From Rhynchopus sp. YZ270_cl-10 (Eukaryota): a stretch of 64,000 nucleotides of DNA. Each line of letters begins with the position of its first letter. Position 1 is the first letter of the stretch. The stretch spans positions 186,001 to 250,000 of the forward strand of contig OZ037833.1 of the NCBI GenBank assembly GCA_964035575.1, read 5' to 3'. The position numbers were made by a program, and so were the translations under genes. Positions 43,546-57,428 of this stretch are shown one piece after another. A model generated the notes under the pieces. The model saw only the letters and a list, made by a program, of their open reading frames with translations. It ran no database searches and was not told the origin of the DNA.

Positions 43546-46500
43546 TCACCTAAATGACACACCCAACGACGGAGCAGGGCGACTCAGCGAATAAGACGTT
43601 GGGGGCGGGGCTAGGATCACGGTGTCCCCTGTCGTAGGTGCCACCTCCACCTTGGGCATGGGCAGTTCACAACACAGGTAGGTGGGGGTCCGGCAGTAGG
43701 ACCGGAGAAGCTCTTGATAGATTGATGCCTCTTCGGAGTGCAGCGCGTTTTTAGAATAGCCTACAGCAGCATAGAGAGGGAGATCTCGTTGGGTGAAAAC
43801 GTTTTCATCTGTATCTTCTTCATCGAGGTTGACAGTACCACCCAACAGTTGTGTAACTATACGCCCCCTCGCAAACCCAACCGAATCAGACCGGAACACA
43901 TTCGCAAGAAGAGGTAGCCCAAAGCACGCTACGGTATCGTTTCTCGAATATAGGTCGTTCTTCCGCGCGACAGTTACCTTTACAATTGGAAGACATATCT
44001 CACAGCTTTCCTCTGCATCCTCTTCGGATTGCGCTTCGGAGAGCATTTTTGGTGGTGTACTTCCATTTAATGAGGCAGGCTTTTTCAATAGGTACCAGGC
44101 ATAGTTAGGCGAATATGAATACGTTGATGTCTGCTTTGTGCACCAATATTCATGCACCGCGTCAAGCGAGGATGCGGAAGATGAAAAAACTATTTCATGT
44201 TTTGCGTCAAGAATGATAAGAGCATAGTCATCAAGAGAGTCTGAAATAGGTGTAGTCGAAGGGAGCACTCTGTCAGAAGTGAGTCGCGAGGCTGCCTCAA
44301 GGTTCATCACCTCCGATGCTTCATTCACACTCTGCAAACGGCAGAGCAGCCACCTACAAAGCTCTGCCACCGTAAAAGGGTCCTCCCTCCCATACTCTGG
44401 ACGCGCGTAGTCCTCCCCCAACTCCTCCGCCTTCACCTCTCTCGAAAGGTGAAAATAATGCTGCGACGTTATCCCTGGCTCCGCAGGAAGTAGTTCTCCT
44501 TCGAGGAGAGTGCTGTATTGCGATCCTTCTTGGAAAAACGCTTCGGTACTTTGCGACTCCGACCGTAACACTGAGGCCGTCAAAGGGAGTGAACCGAGCA
44601 CATTGATGTACGTTTCTCCACTGATTTGATCCATCTCGCTAAGGGGGAGTGGGAGGTGTTCGAAGTATAGGCGGTAGTGCGTGAAGCCGTCTTTGTCCCC
44701 GGGGTACATATCGGCCTCGCGGATGAGGGTGTCCAGCTCTCGGTCGTGGTGGTAGTATTTTAAATGAGTAGAATCCGGTTTGTTGTCCATCCGTTTGTGT
44801 ACCGTGAGGCGTGTTGTGGCTCCGGTCACTCTTGTTTTGAGAATTTGCTGTACAGCGGACACATAGTCATGGTAATCTAAAGGATCCGCTCCTGCAGATT
44901 GAATTGCATTTTGGAAGACCATGCTGTAGTGTTTCCGCAAACGCCGTGCCACTCTCTCGGAGGCTTGTTGTAGTGTCTCGCATTTCCGCAGTGCAAGCTC
45001 GATTGGAGTCCACCGCAGCTTTTCTGGCAGAGCTAGCGGTATCGTCTCTTCTGTCATTCCATTCATTTCTTGGACCTGAGTGACCCCGCGTTTCCAGAGC
45101 GCAGCGCTGAACGCATCGACTGAGTCCAAGACAGGAAGCGAAAGGGGGTTCTTATTGTTGTAGGGCAGCGGTTCGAGGAGAACTGTCATCCGGTGGAGGG
45201 TCTCGAGGAAGTAGTCTCTGCAGGAAAAGATGACGGAATCGGGGCCATTGTGTTTGAAGAGGTGCAAATCTGCGGGCGTCGCAGGGGGGGAGCACATTGC
45301 CCCCAACGTGGCACGTTCTGTGTGCGCCACTGGCTCCTTGTATTTGTCAAGCTCCGGGAACATAAGATAGCGCAGCTGTTCTTCAGAGTGGTACTGCTGG
45401 ACAATGATGATCGTTTCGCGGCGCGTCGCCTTGCCAAGCCAGCCGTCGTACCCCGTAGCTGAGGTGTTGTCCCAGCTGTAGTAAGAGGACTGAGGCGCCC
45501 GAGGAAGTTCTGGGACAACCTCCGCGAGGTTCTGTTTACCTTCCGTTGCATCGGCAGGGGCGTGAACGATTCCGGTGATCTTCTTTTCCGATTCTTCGAT
45601 GAAGACGGCGGTTTGTGGTTCACTCAACCCTTCATTTGCACTGAGGGCGACGGCAGAGAGAACGTCGGATGCGCTGGTAGTCGCGAAGTTGCACGACACT
45701 ACACCACACACACTAAGCTTCTCGTCATCCTCCAACGCAAAAGGATCATACTCCTTGACAAAGACGAGCCCACCCTCTCCTTGCAGCACTTCGTCATTGG
45801 AGAGAAGCGAGACCTGCCGTGATGGCGCAGAAGGGGGGGTAACGTCCTCCCGCACTTCGACCACCTCAACAAAAACAAATTGAGTCTGCACAACCGTCTC
45901 GCTCTGACTGACGTACCCAAAACAGCTTTCCAGGGTGCTCGAATTCGCGTCTTCCATGCGTTCAAAGACCCTCGACGCACCGTGTTCTCCACAATACTCT
46001 CGCTGCGACTTCACGGAGCTTACCCCTTCTTCGTCTATGGTGCTGACTGCATCAAAGGTCACCAGAGGGGTACGGCAACCGCCATCAATCTTTGAAGAGT
46101 CCTTATCGATTTTCCAAAGGCGGATGGTCTTTCGAACGGTCGCATTGGGGTCGTTCAGGTACTCCACCAACCCTGACTCTGGGTCAGTCTGAAGCAACAT
46201 TGCCAATACTCTAGAACGAAGCTCCCCCATAGTCGCCCCCTTCGACACCCTTACTGCCATTGGCGGTTCGGTTGGTGCTGGTAGATCCGCTTCTTCTGCT
46301 TCTGCTATATTCTCTTTTGCGCGCATAAACCTTAAATTCGCTGCAGTCACCGCACTGCAGAGCCCCTGAGGGGTTTTCTTTAGGTCCAACCCTTCGACCA
46401 TATCCTTTGCACAGAGGGGTACGATATCGAAGAACCGGTATGCTTCGTCTCTCTCCTTCTTTTTAGCGGCCTCGCGTTGTAGCGCTCTCTGAAACCTTCT

Positions 46501-48019
46501 TCTGACAGGGTCCAGATCCTCTGGGGTTGGCATCGTGTAGAGCTTCTCGGTACTGCTCTTTCGGACGTACGTCAGTAAATATGCAGTCGGGGAGGAGCCG
46601 CCCCAGGCAGATGGGGGAGATCCAAAAGAGTCCTGCACCGCCTCCTCGCAACGCGCTGCGGAGACGGTCGAATCATTAAACTTCACCCACGGCTCAGAAG
46701 GCCCCTCCGGCTTCGCATAGCACCAATAGTGCCCCCCATGGATCGTCCCACTATGCACCGTAACCGCATGAAGACAATACTGAAAATCCTCCCCTCCAGG
46801 CGGCTGTGCAAACGACTCTGCCGTACATTCTCTTGGTAAATCCCCTTTTGAAGCATCAGAAGCGTCACGTGGCAGACCAGATCCTTCGACATATTGACTG
46901 AGATCGAGCTCGAGGGGAAATGCGAATCGGTCATTCACCTTTTTTTGGTTTCCGGTGTATGGATCGAACTCAAATCGGTTCAGATGTAGTATCAACACCG
47001 GGGGGAGCGACCTCAGCCGCGCCCCGCGCGCTACGGTATGCAGCTCCTTTCTTCCGTCCTTAAATTCCACGCGGAATTTGTTGTCTCCATCGAGAACCTC
47101 CTCCTTAAAGTAGTCGTGGAGAGATTCTGCGAGATTAGCTTTGTCTTTAACGGTGAGCGAAACGTCATAGCATTCCTCGGTGTGGGTAGACTCATATTCC
47201 ATATCAAGACAACGGGTGTAACGGACTAACTCAAATCGGAATAGCTTTTTGATGAAATTGCTGTGCGGGTTTTTTTCCACCTTTTCGATATGTTCGGATA
47301 ATGAATCGGTTAGGACACGAAGAAGTTCTTGAGCGTCATGCTGTCTCATCACATCCGCCGCAGTCCATCCAAAGCTATCCGTCAACCCTACCGACGAGAC
47401 AGTAGACCTTCCATACGTATCATGTGCCCGATCTCTCGCCACTTCCATTTCGTATAACAGTTTTTGCAGTGCCATAGGGATATTGCTTGCCCCTTTCTCC
47501 GACTCAACGTTCATTCTGTACAGGGACACCCTAAAGTAGGGAATGTTCACCAAAACCTGCAGAAGGGAGTTCAAATAGCAGGTCGCCCCTTGGTTGGAAA
47601 TGCCAGGGTAGCTTCGTGCTTCTGCGTCGGAGTAGAGTCGTTCCGGTGGTGCATTGGAGACAGTGGAATAGGAAGGGAGCGGATCGTTGTAGGCGTACAC
47701 ATCGTCATCATCATCATGTGCACGTGGTGCCAGAGGTGCGGTGTCGAGGGCTCCCCAGGCAGCCTGCGGTGGGGTCGCGGTGCTTAGATACGGCGGTGTG
47801 TCGTACTGTTGTGGCTGTGTTGTTTCTGCAAGCCCCTGGATGAGGATGTCCGCCTGGTTGTCCTCTTCCTTATGGAAAGCGAGCATTGCTCGCAAATATG
47901 TTTCAACATGTGGAGTAGCCTCCTCGCGCACCGCAAAAGAGATTTTCTCTGTAAAAATCTTCAGGATTTGAGGAAAGGAGCCGTCGAGGAAGGAAAGGAG
48001 CGCGGCAATGCTGTAGAGA

Positions 48020-48050
<31 letters not shown>

Positions 48051-50138
48051 GAGATGGTTATGTGTGCAGATGCCACCCTTGTGGAGCCCTTGGGGAAGGG
48101 GAAGGGAGAAGGGGGAGGGTGTGGGGTTTTGCTTCATACTCGGTTATGTGGGTGTTGGCCAGGTCATCTCCGTTGGGGAGGTCGTACAACTTGACGCGGG
48201 AGGTCACAAGGTTGTCGTTCACGAACGAGACCATCTGTAAAAGAAAGATAAAAAAAAAAAATGAATTTTAGAGGGGGTGATAAATCAGAGGGCTTGCACC
48301 CCCCTTATTCTACACCATAAAACCTTCGTTTCTTCGAGCCTTATTCAAAATAATTTCATTAGACACATTCCCAATCCTTTTTCCCGTTTCTTTGTTTCAA
48401 ATAAGACGTACCTTTCTGAGAAACTCGATCATTGTCTTTGGGAGTGGGTTATTGTCTGCGGAGAAGATGGGCGCGGTGTCCTCCTCCTTCGCGTGCGGCG
48501 CGGACGGCTCGGGTGCCACCGGCTGGTGTATCACATCCTCCTCGTCCGAAGGTTCCGCAGAAACAGGCGCGCTGATCGAGACCTTGATTGGGAGAGGCCC
48601 CTCGTCTTCATCAGAGGAGGGTACGTGGAAGGCCTCATACCGCGGAACGTTCGGCCTTTCCATGAACTTCTTGGGTGGCGTCCGCTTTGGTACATCAGAG
48701 TCCATCGCTGCCACATTCGCCTTTAGCTTCGCAAAATACCCATGCACACACTGCCACACCCGCCACTGCTGCCCCTTCGGTACGTGCGGTGTGAGGTGCT
48801 CCTTAAATAATTCAGTAAGCTTCTTGCGGGCATCAGGCTCCTCCCAGATCTCAATCAGAACGTTGACCCTGTAAGAAGGGGGAGGGGGGAAGGGGAGGAA
48901 GAGATAAAGGTCAGGTAGAAGCGCAATGCATATAGAACCTCGAGGCGTGCCACTACAAGGGGTTTTATTTCGTAGAGAGACATCTTGTGCAAATTTAAGC
49001 ACCCAGCATCACCCAGATTTGGTTTCAAAGAAAGAAGAAAAAGTCATGTCGAGTATCAGGTTTGCCAAGATGACTGACATTCCGGATTTGCGAAAAGTGA
49101 TGGCTCGGATTTTTTTTTGCACAGAAGTCTGAAACACTGCAGACAAGAATTAGACCTGATAGCGACGAGAGAAGCCACGTGGGACAATCTTGACGCTCAT
49201 TGTGTTGGCGATCTCACTGCACTGGAAGACATCTGTGCAGCAACTTCTTCCGAACTGGTCGGAAGAGAACAGAGGATGGTGCTCACTCGGTGGATGTCAA
49301 GAACACCGGGGAAGTGCACTCAGGCAAAGAGCTCCCTAAATGCCGTCTTTGGGGGACTGGACAAAAGGTCGGGTCTGTCAAAGCACCCCACCACCCAATG
49401 AGGAAAAAAAGCGATCCGTGCGGACAAAAACACCGACACCTCCTTTAAAGGCCTTGCTGTGCGCAAGGCCTCCACAAAGGGGAGCCTCTCCCTCACCTGA
49501 GTAACGAACACTTCCAGCTGCGGAATCGGAGCTTCGGGAAGTCGACATGCTGAAGGTGTACGAGTCTCAAGGATACGTAAAATCGAAAGAAAGGCTGAAC
49601 CTCACCCTTGAGGGCACTGTGGTACTCAATAGGGGCTAAGGGGGAGGGGTAAGGGAGACATACGAGTCCCAGAGGTTTGTCTCAAGGTCTTCAACAGAGG
49701 GGAGGTGGCTGAGCTTGATTTTGACACCTTCGACGCAGTTAATCTCTGTGAGAATCTGTGTGTGGGGGGGTGGTTATTATGTGAAGTGCCGAAGTCGCCA
49801 GGTGCGAGCTGTACTCAAAAAGAAAGAAAAGAAACGATTATAAGATGAACCTTAGCCTCTCTGTTTGCTTAGTCACCTTGATCACATATCGTGCACACAG
49901 CATCAGCTGTGTGGAATCGCAAAAAAGACAATTCTATTATGTGCTTCTTATGTTGTCCCGCGTGGTGACAAATCTTAATGTACACACTCTGTTGATTCTA
50001 AAAACGGGGGGGTGGGGAAAAATCGCGAATAAAAAAATGGGGGAGATATTGAAAAGTTGGAACGCTTCCTCACCCTTTTCCATATATCCTTTTTTACCAC
50101 ACCTCCTTGAGGAGCTCCTTCAGGCGTGCAGGTGCCAT
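43546..50138 (-). CDS. USP7-like ubiquitin C-terminal hydrolase (peptidase C19), ~1754 aa; exons 50103..50138, 49664..49755, 49497..49616, 48412..48868, 48140..48234, 43546..48010
   Basis: Cys box GISNQGATCYLNSLLQ, QHDAQE, His box VHSGTIHGGHY; five GT-AG introns join in frame (5265 nt total). The 5' exons are less certain than the last one. Confidence 0.85.
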
Positions 50139-51342
50139 CGTGTTGCGCTGTCCTGTTCAGGTTCGCAAAAAAAAAAAAAAACAAAGGAGGAGGGGGAAAG
50201 CGTTGTTGTGTAAGGATAGGTGGGGCGCACCCCCTCCCGTCCCCTCACTTCCCCCAGAGTGGGGTGCCTTCTGTGGGTGGTGGTGATGGTGGTGTGGTGT
50301 GCGGGTGTGGGGGGGGCAACAAGAATTGTCAGTCGAAAAGTATAAGTATTTTTCTACTTTCTTTGGTTAATTGATTATACTGAGCAAATAGATGGTGTGA
50401 AACAGAAATAAAAGAAAGATTGGTGTGGCAGAATGGGGGAATCACCCCCCTTCAGCCACACCAAAGGTGAATAAGATTGTTCCAAGCACGTAAACAAAAC
50501 GAGTGAGTGACAACGAGAAAGAGCAAAAGCTAAATATCCAAAAAAAAAAAGAACGAAATTTGGTAAGAGGACCCTCTCGGTCACGAGACTTTATTACAGG
50601 CCTAGGCACACCTCATCCTGAGTGTGGCTGAGATGCGACAAAGGAACTCTGGTCTCAGACTCTGACGACATTTCTTTTGTTAGATTTGTTACTAAATTGT
50701 ATTTGTGTAAATATACAGGACTGAACTGGACACACAAAGTGCACGCTATTAACACCCCTTTTTTATTGAAGTGATGTTGGGTGACCAAATTTGGACCAAA
50801 AAAAATACTGTTGAGAGCAACCTGAACGAGCAAGAAGACGGAGTCCGGGCGTTTTTGCGAAGTCACCTAAAAACCAAAACAAAACAAAACAAAATACAGA
50901 GAGGTGGTATTAAATACAACAGTGATGGCAACGGAAGTCGCCAAAAAAGCTTAAAAGATGATCTGTGCCTCATCTGTGAGATAAATGTGTCTCTTGTGCA
51001 CAAAAAACCGAGAATCTTTTTTTGTGAACGTAGGAAATAACAAAGAAATAACAAATACCAAACAGGTGGGCGGAAGCATTTTTCTTGACAACGCTTTTAA
51101 TATTTACTGCAGCAAACTGCGGGGATCTCCATCGCCACAAGGTGCTGTGCAAGAGAATTAAAAAAAGAGAGAAAAAAACAGGATTTGAACAACAGGATTT
51201 GTGCTTTACTTGCACCTCCCTTTTGTCCCCCAAATCACAAAAAAAAGTTAAAAACAAAGCAGGATACCTTCTGGGGTGTGGTTTCCCACTCCCTCTGTTC
51301 CTTTTATGCAAAAAAAACACAAAAACAAAAGTGAAGTTATTA

Positions 51343-51399
51343 ATGCAGGCACCTCCGACTGACCCACGTACGATGCCAGCCATCCGGATGAAAGCACAA
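51343..51399. repeat. 57-bp sequence identical to 12249..12305
   Basis: Exact match by inspection. Confidence 0.9.
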
Positions 51400-52192
51400 G
51401 TACCCTGCGGCCAACAACAGAAGATGTAAAAAGGAAATCTAATGACTGGCCCGTACCGTAAGAGAACGAGGGCGGTTCACAACCGCTCGACAGCCGGCGG
51501 CCCACCTTCCGTTGAAGAGTTGTGAGCTTACAGGTACTGCAGTTCGCTGCACCCAACGCTTGATGCACGATAGTCTACACAAGAGAGCAGAAACCCAAAA
51601 ACACAAAAAGGGTGGGCGGGGGGGTCACAACATCTCTCTCTTGGCGCCCCATGCTGTACCGACAGTTGGGCCTCACCCTTTCTCTTAGGGATATACATGG
51701 ACGTCCTTACAGGCAGCACACCGTAACCCAAAGGCGTGGCAGAGAGACTCCGCAGAGCGACTCTGGCCTGACCGCTGGCCATTTATGCTCCGGGTGCGAA
51801 CACCCATCATAGCATAGGGGGGCCAGCCTGACCCAGCATTTATATACCCTGCCAGGGTGAACTTGCATAAAAGAGGGCAGGGGCGTTTAGACCCTGAGGA
51901 CTAGGGGAAGTCCCGCATACCCCAACAGAAAGACAAAGGCTATGCACTGGTGATATAGGAGAGGCAGGGTTGCTGAAAAACAAAAAGACCCTGAAGGCAC
52001 AAAAACGCCCCGCATACCCCTCCTCGCCTCCTGTTTTGTAATCTCTCAGGTAGGAGACATCGGTTCGAGCGGTCAACACCTTCATAGAGTTTCTGGAGGA
52101 ACGGACCCCCGGATGCAATTTAAGGTCCAGCCCAGGACCACAATAAACAAAATACAAGAAAAAGCAAAAAAATTGTAACCTCACCTCACCTT

Positions 52193-53599
52193 TCATTCAC
52201 AAGAAATCGACACCCTCTTTGCCCGCACAGCTGCCACCCCCGCACCCACTGGCGGACAACCTGGTGGTGTATCGGGCGTGCCTGAAGACTCCTCTGCATC
52301 ACATCTTGCGAGCGGCGCGTACGAGGTAAACCGACCACGCTCTATCTCACAGAGCGAGCCAAACGATGGCACCACACCACCACCACCACCCCTCCCACCC
52401 AAAGGCGACACAACCGGACTCCCCACTCTGCTGTACGCCATGATCGCAGAACGCTTCTTCCTTGCATCGTTCCTCACGATCCACCCCCTCGCAAACGCCT
52501 GCAGCCTCACCACCGCAACACCCCGTTCACTGCGCTTCTTTTCTTTGAGAAATGCGTCCCTCGATTGGACTGCAGCTTTCATAGCGGTGGCGTTTTGGGG
52601 AATATTAAATTGCTCTAAGACGTCGATGCAGGCGTTGTGTGTATCCTCCGCTTCTTTAATCCCATCAAGAGAGCGAAGGGAGAGTAGGACCTCTGCCCTT
52701 CGTGCGGTCAACTCCGCGCCGTACCGTTCAGCCAGCGCTGCGTCTGCTTGTAAAAGAGACAATGCTTTTCCGTATATTCTTGCCGAATCATTTCGTAGGT
52801 GATGTGCGGTACGGATCCTCATGCAATTTGCTGACCATTCGTACTTCCCTTTCGCCAATTCACATAATGACTCTATCAGCATTTCAGTTTGCATGATTTC
52901 TGACACATCTACCGGGCCAAGTGTACAGCACATCTCAGCCACACCAATGCCTTCTTCGAACAGACGAAGTGAACAGGCTGCTCGAGACACCGCCAAAGCG
53001 TACCGTACTGCCTCCGCACACCCAGCCCCCTTCCTCACCATCGCCGTACAGTATTGTGACAACCGCATATCTAAGGCCTCCTTATACATTCCTTGGGATT
53101 CTCTCACTTCAGCGATTTTATCAAGACGTAGTGCATAACCCATGTCTTTCATTGGTGGAGGGAGTTTGAATGGACCCAAATATTTGTAGGTTTGAGGGAA
53201 CAAAGGGGACGAATTGGAGCTAGAGAGAGAGTCGGTTCGAAAGGAAGAACCGATTCGACGGAGAGGTGGGTCAGAGGTGCGTCGGATGGAGGTTGCGAGG
53301 GGGCGGGTGGGGGTGGTGTCGTTGTCGTCATCAGAGGAGCCGATGGAGGAGGTGTCGAGGCCGTCGAGGGGGAGGCGGAAGAGCGGTGGTGGGGGTTCGC
53401 CAAAGGGGCGGGCGCGAGGCGAGGCGCGTCGGGCGCGGGCGGCGCTTTCTCCAATATCTAAGACGCTTTTGCGGCGATAGTTATTCGCCTTGTGCTTCAG
53501 AATAGACTCCTTTCTCCGCTGCTCCAGAAGCGGCTGAGGGCAGGAAAAGGTCCGTGTAGTGCCTTTGTTTACCACTTTGTTTTCCAATTTGAAACTCAT
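52193..53599 (-). CDS. IQ-motif protein with TPR-like helical region
   Basis: VRLQAFARGWIVR IQ motif; 468-aa ORF. Confidence 0.75.
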   Translation of the reverse strand: MSFKLENKVVNKGTTRTFSCPQPLLEQRRKESILKHKANNYRRKSVLDIGESAARARRASPRARPFGEPPPPLFRLPLDGLDTSSIGSSDDDNDTTPTRPLATSIRRTSDPPLRRIGSSFRTDSLSSSNSSPLFPQTYKYLGPFKLPPPMKDMGYALRLDKIAEVRESQGMYKEALDMRLSQYCTAMVRKGAGCAEAVRYALAVSRAACSLRLFEEGIGVAEMCCTLGPVDVSEIMQTEMLIESLCELAKGKYEWSANCMRIRTAHHLRNDSARIYGKALSLLQADAALAERYGAELTARRAEVLLSLRSLDGIKEAEDTHNACIDVLEQFNIPQNATAMKAAVQSRDAFLKEKKRSERGVAVVRLQAFARGWIVRNDARKKRSAIMAYSRVGSPVVSPLGGRGGGGGVVPSFGSLCEIERGRFTSYAPLARCDAEESSGTPDTPPGCPPVGAGVAAVRAKRVSISCE

Positions 53600-55203
53600 T
53601 TCATGGGAGGAGGGGTGGTTTTTTTGTGTGTAATTTGCTTTGAAAATGTGTCTGAAATATATAAGTGTTTTTTTTTTCGATATGAGTTGTGCGAGTTTGG
53701 TGGTGAAGCAAAATGGTAGATTAAAAAGAATATTTCAAGCACCTTCCGTCGATTCTAAAATAAGAATAATATGTACCGTTTTGGGCCGCTGTAAGCTGTA
53801 ATTGTGTGTACTTCTGCTGAAATTGTGCCTAAAATAGGCACAGTTCAGGTGAGTAGGGTGCTCGTTGTGCCCAGTTGTGCTTTGGGTAAAACGGTACATA
53901 ATAGAATACGACTATTTTCCTCACTGACAATGATGTGCTACGATAATACTACGACGGCAATAGCTATCTTCACCCACACGGTCTTAGAGCTGAACTTCTT
54001 TCGAGGACGCCGCAGCAAAACAGCAAAGACAGAGGCACACCGTGAAAGCGCCACACCTTCGAACCACGAATCAAGCAGAGGCACACATGCCACAGCAACA
54101 CCTGTGTTCACATCCCACAGACGCGCGTTCCTCTCAGTGTTCGAGGAAGGTGATCACCCACACCACAAGAAAAACGGGAAACGAAATAGAGTTTGTTAGG
54201 TGTACGCTTCCACCGTCAACTTCGTTGGACCTATAAAAAAAAATGGGAAGGGGGGGATGTTGTTCGTTTTTTTTTTGTACCCCAAACAGAGATCCTTTTG
54301 TTCCAGTATTTTTGTTTTTTTGTGTTCTCTAGAAACGACCTGTAGTTTTTTTTTTCTTCTGATGACAGAAAATTGAATCATTTCCCCCTGTTGTTGGGGG
54401 AAATCTGCATCTTGTGACGTTTAAACGTTTTGCAACAAAAGAAAGAAAATTACTAAAAAAAGTCCCCATTTCAGAGGAAGTCAGACACAGAACCCACCTC
54501 CCCCCTGTGTATGGGGGAGTTGTGGGTTCTTTTGTACCGATGACATCCAACTTGACACACATATCATGTAAAAGTTTTGAACAATACATTGTGTTCCGAA
54601 AGAGGCAGTGACTAGGATGATATGACTATGTAAAAGACGTTTCTGGAGGGCATTTTTCTTCTTTTTCATTCTTATTTTTGGAAAACGTTTTTCAAATAAT
54701 GCTTCGAAGATGGACAGTTTTTCTTAAGATACAATAACACAACAAACATCGGCGAAATAAAAAAACCCTGTTTTGAAATCCCAAAAATCCTAAGTTTTTA
54801 CCCCTCCGGTGTTGTGTTATTGTATCACTGCACCCTGCTCGAACAGACGGCACACCTTAGTTCATATGAGTGTGGCAGAGAGATGAGAATAAAATATAAA
54901 AAAAAATGAAAAAATGAAACGTTTATAAGATGACCATACGCACTGCATAGCCACCTTGGGGAAAAAAACAACTCTGGTCTGACGTCCCTTTTTTAAAAAA
55001 TACCCCCCTCCTATGTTCTGATAATTCGCGTAGTCGTTATTCAATAAAGGCTCTCTGTTTTCCCCTTTTTTCCCCCCAATTTGAATCTAAAAAAAAAACA
55101 AAAAGACGCCCCAATTTTTTATCTGAAAAAAGTATCTTAGAAAATATTGAAATTTAGCAGCCGTGTGAGTTTGGGCCATTCCCTCCCACACTTCGTAAAT
55201 TTT

Positions 55204-57428
55204 CTATTCCTCGGTGCGTGCAGCTGCTGCCCCCTTTCTGCGAGGGGGAAGGTCCTGTGTGGAGTGCGGTGTGTGTACTAATTATTAATTCTTGAAACAT
55301 TTGACAACCTGCGCAAAACTCACTCCGCGCAGAGGAGAGTCTTTTGAGCAAAATTATTACGCATCCACTTACCGTTTGGATAAAAGAAAAACAAAGACGA
55401 AAAAAGGGGGTTTGGGGGGGAAGAGTTTAATTCTTGAACGCATCCCCACAAAAAAAAAAAAACTGCCTCTTTTGTAAACCACATACCTTCTTGTCTCTGC
55501 TGCCCTTCTCCTCAAGGCGCTGTGCAGGGCTCTTCCTCTCCTGCACCTGGAGAGTCACTCCCTTGAATGTGACCTGTTTTTGTTGTGTTGTGTGTTCTTT
55601 TGAGAAGTTTGTTCAATGCTTTATATCCCCCGCGACACCAAAAAAACTGGTTTTATGTGAGCCAGTCATGCTTTCTGTACTAATTCTAGTGTCGGTCCAA
55701 ATGGAGCTTTGGAAATTATTAGAGTCTAAATTCTTCTTCTTTACGTTATCGATAACGTTATAACACCCACAGTATGTCTAATAATTACATTATTAGAGTC
55801 TCGGTACATCATCATTTTATTTTTGTTTTCTGGGTCAAAACGAAGCATCGCTCGAAAGATAAAGCACCAAAGGTCTAATACAAAACCCCCACTGCTGTGT
55901 TACATACATCGCCACTGAGAGCCGCCTCCATAGCCTCCTTCGAGTCGTAGTCGATGTAGCAGCGCTTGCCTCCACCTCCGACACGGCTGTCCTGTGGGCG
56001 AGAGAGAGAGAGAGAGGAGAGGGTACATGAGTGAATTGAAAAGAGTGAAGCAAAGTTGATGAATATCTCATGACACATCATTTTTAAAATGAAAGTGAAG
56101 TTGATAGTGCAAAACGCCTCTGGGACCGCAGACATTGTACCTATTCTTGCCTTGCTTTTCACCCTTTTTCTTGCTAAAAAAGGCAAGAAAAAGCAAAAGG
56201 CAAGATTTAATCTTGTTTGCATTCCATGAAAAACACACAACATACCTGGTAGGTCTTGCCCTTGATGTCCCCGAACTTCCCAAAGATCTCGTCAATGTCG
56301 CTCTCCTTGAATTCCACAGGGAGGTGCGCCACGTACAGCGAGTAGAAGCTGTAGTTCACATCGCGGTCCTTCGTCCCCTTGCCCTCCTTGGCACCCTTCG
56401 CCTCCCCTTTCTCTGCACGGTCGCCCTTCTTGCCTTTGTCTCCCTTCGCTCCTTTTGCGCCTTTTGTTCCTTTTGTCTCTTTGGGTGCTTTCTTTCCTCC
56501 GAAGGTGGGGACCGCACCGCCAACGACACGCGCCACCTTGGAGTGCTCGCTGACTGAGGCTGCCGCCTTGGACCCTGTCAGCATGTTTGCCCACGAGGAG
56601 AAGGGCTGCTTCTCTGCAGGCTTCTCCTCCTCCACTGCCTCCTTCTTGGGGGTCTCCACCTTCGCCTCCTTCTTCTCGACCTTCTCGGTGGGGGTGGGCT
56701 CGGGGGTGGGCTTGGTTGGGGTGGGTGTTGGCGCAGCTGCCTTGGGGACAGAGGCGGGGGTTGCCTTCGGCTTCTCTGCGACCGGGGTGGGTGCGGGGGG
56801 TGCCGGTGGTGCGGCGGGCTCTTCCTCGCTCTCCTCCTCCCAGTCGTCGTCTTCCTCAGGGTCGCAGAGGCGCATAATGTCGTTGTGGATGTAGTAGCTT
56901 CCGTGGGCGTGGCCCAGAAGGAAGGTGTGGTAAAAGCTGCAGACAGCATCGTGGGTCAGCTTGTTGCCCTGCACCATGATCATGACGGAGCCATTAATGG
57001 AAGGGACGAACTCCGCTGTGTGAAGCTTGAATTTGATCTCGCTGTCCTCCTGGGCCAGCTTCTTGGAGATGGCCTCTTTGCCGTAGGTGAACTGCAATGC
57101 TGAGGACATCGGTGCGTGGCAGAAGACGGAGGTCTGAAGAGAAGAGGAGAGAGAATGGGGATGGGCAAGAGCGAGATGTTGTATGTTTTGGGATTTTGCT
57201 CAAAAAAAAAAAAAATGAAATGGGTGGTGTTTTCTCCTTCAGGGTGTACCCCCAAACCCCAAACATACAAAAATTATCACTGAATTCTTAGTGGGTGGAG
57301 GGGAAAATGCATACGTTGTTGTACATAATGGCCAGCTGTTTGGCGTTTGTCGAGAAGAGCGTGTAGTACTGTCCCACGAACGCCTCTCCCACCTGCTCCG
57401 CAGTCTTCTGCTGGCTTGCCACGTCCAT
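55204..57428 (-). CDS. G3BP: G3BP/Rasputin-like NTF2 + RRM protein, ~407 aa; exons 57315..57428, 56246..57133, 55908..55991, 55487..55573, 55204..55254
   Basis: VGEAFVGQYYTLF NTF2 start, FYHTFLL...YYIHNDIMR, acidic/Pro linker, SWA motif, RRM SLYVAHLP...CYIDY; four GTATG...CAG introns join in frame. Confidence 0.88.

Noticed and set aside
54728..54826. 17-bp inverted repeat GATACAATAACACAACA as a complete MITE
   Set aside because: The IR is real, but no TSD or matching outer terminus could be found.
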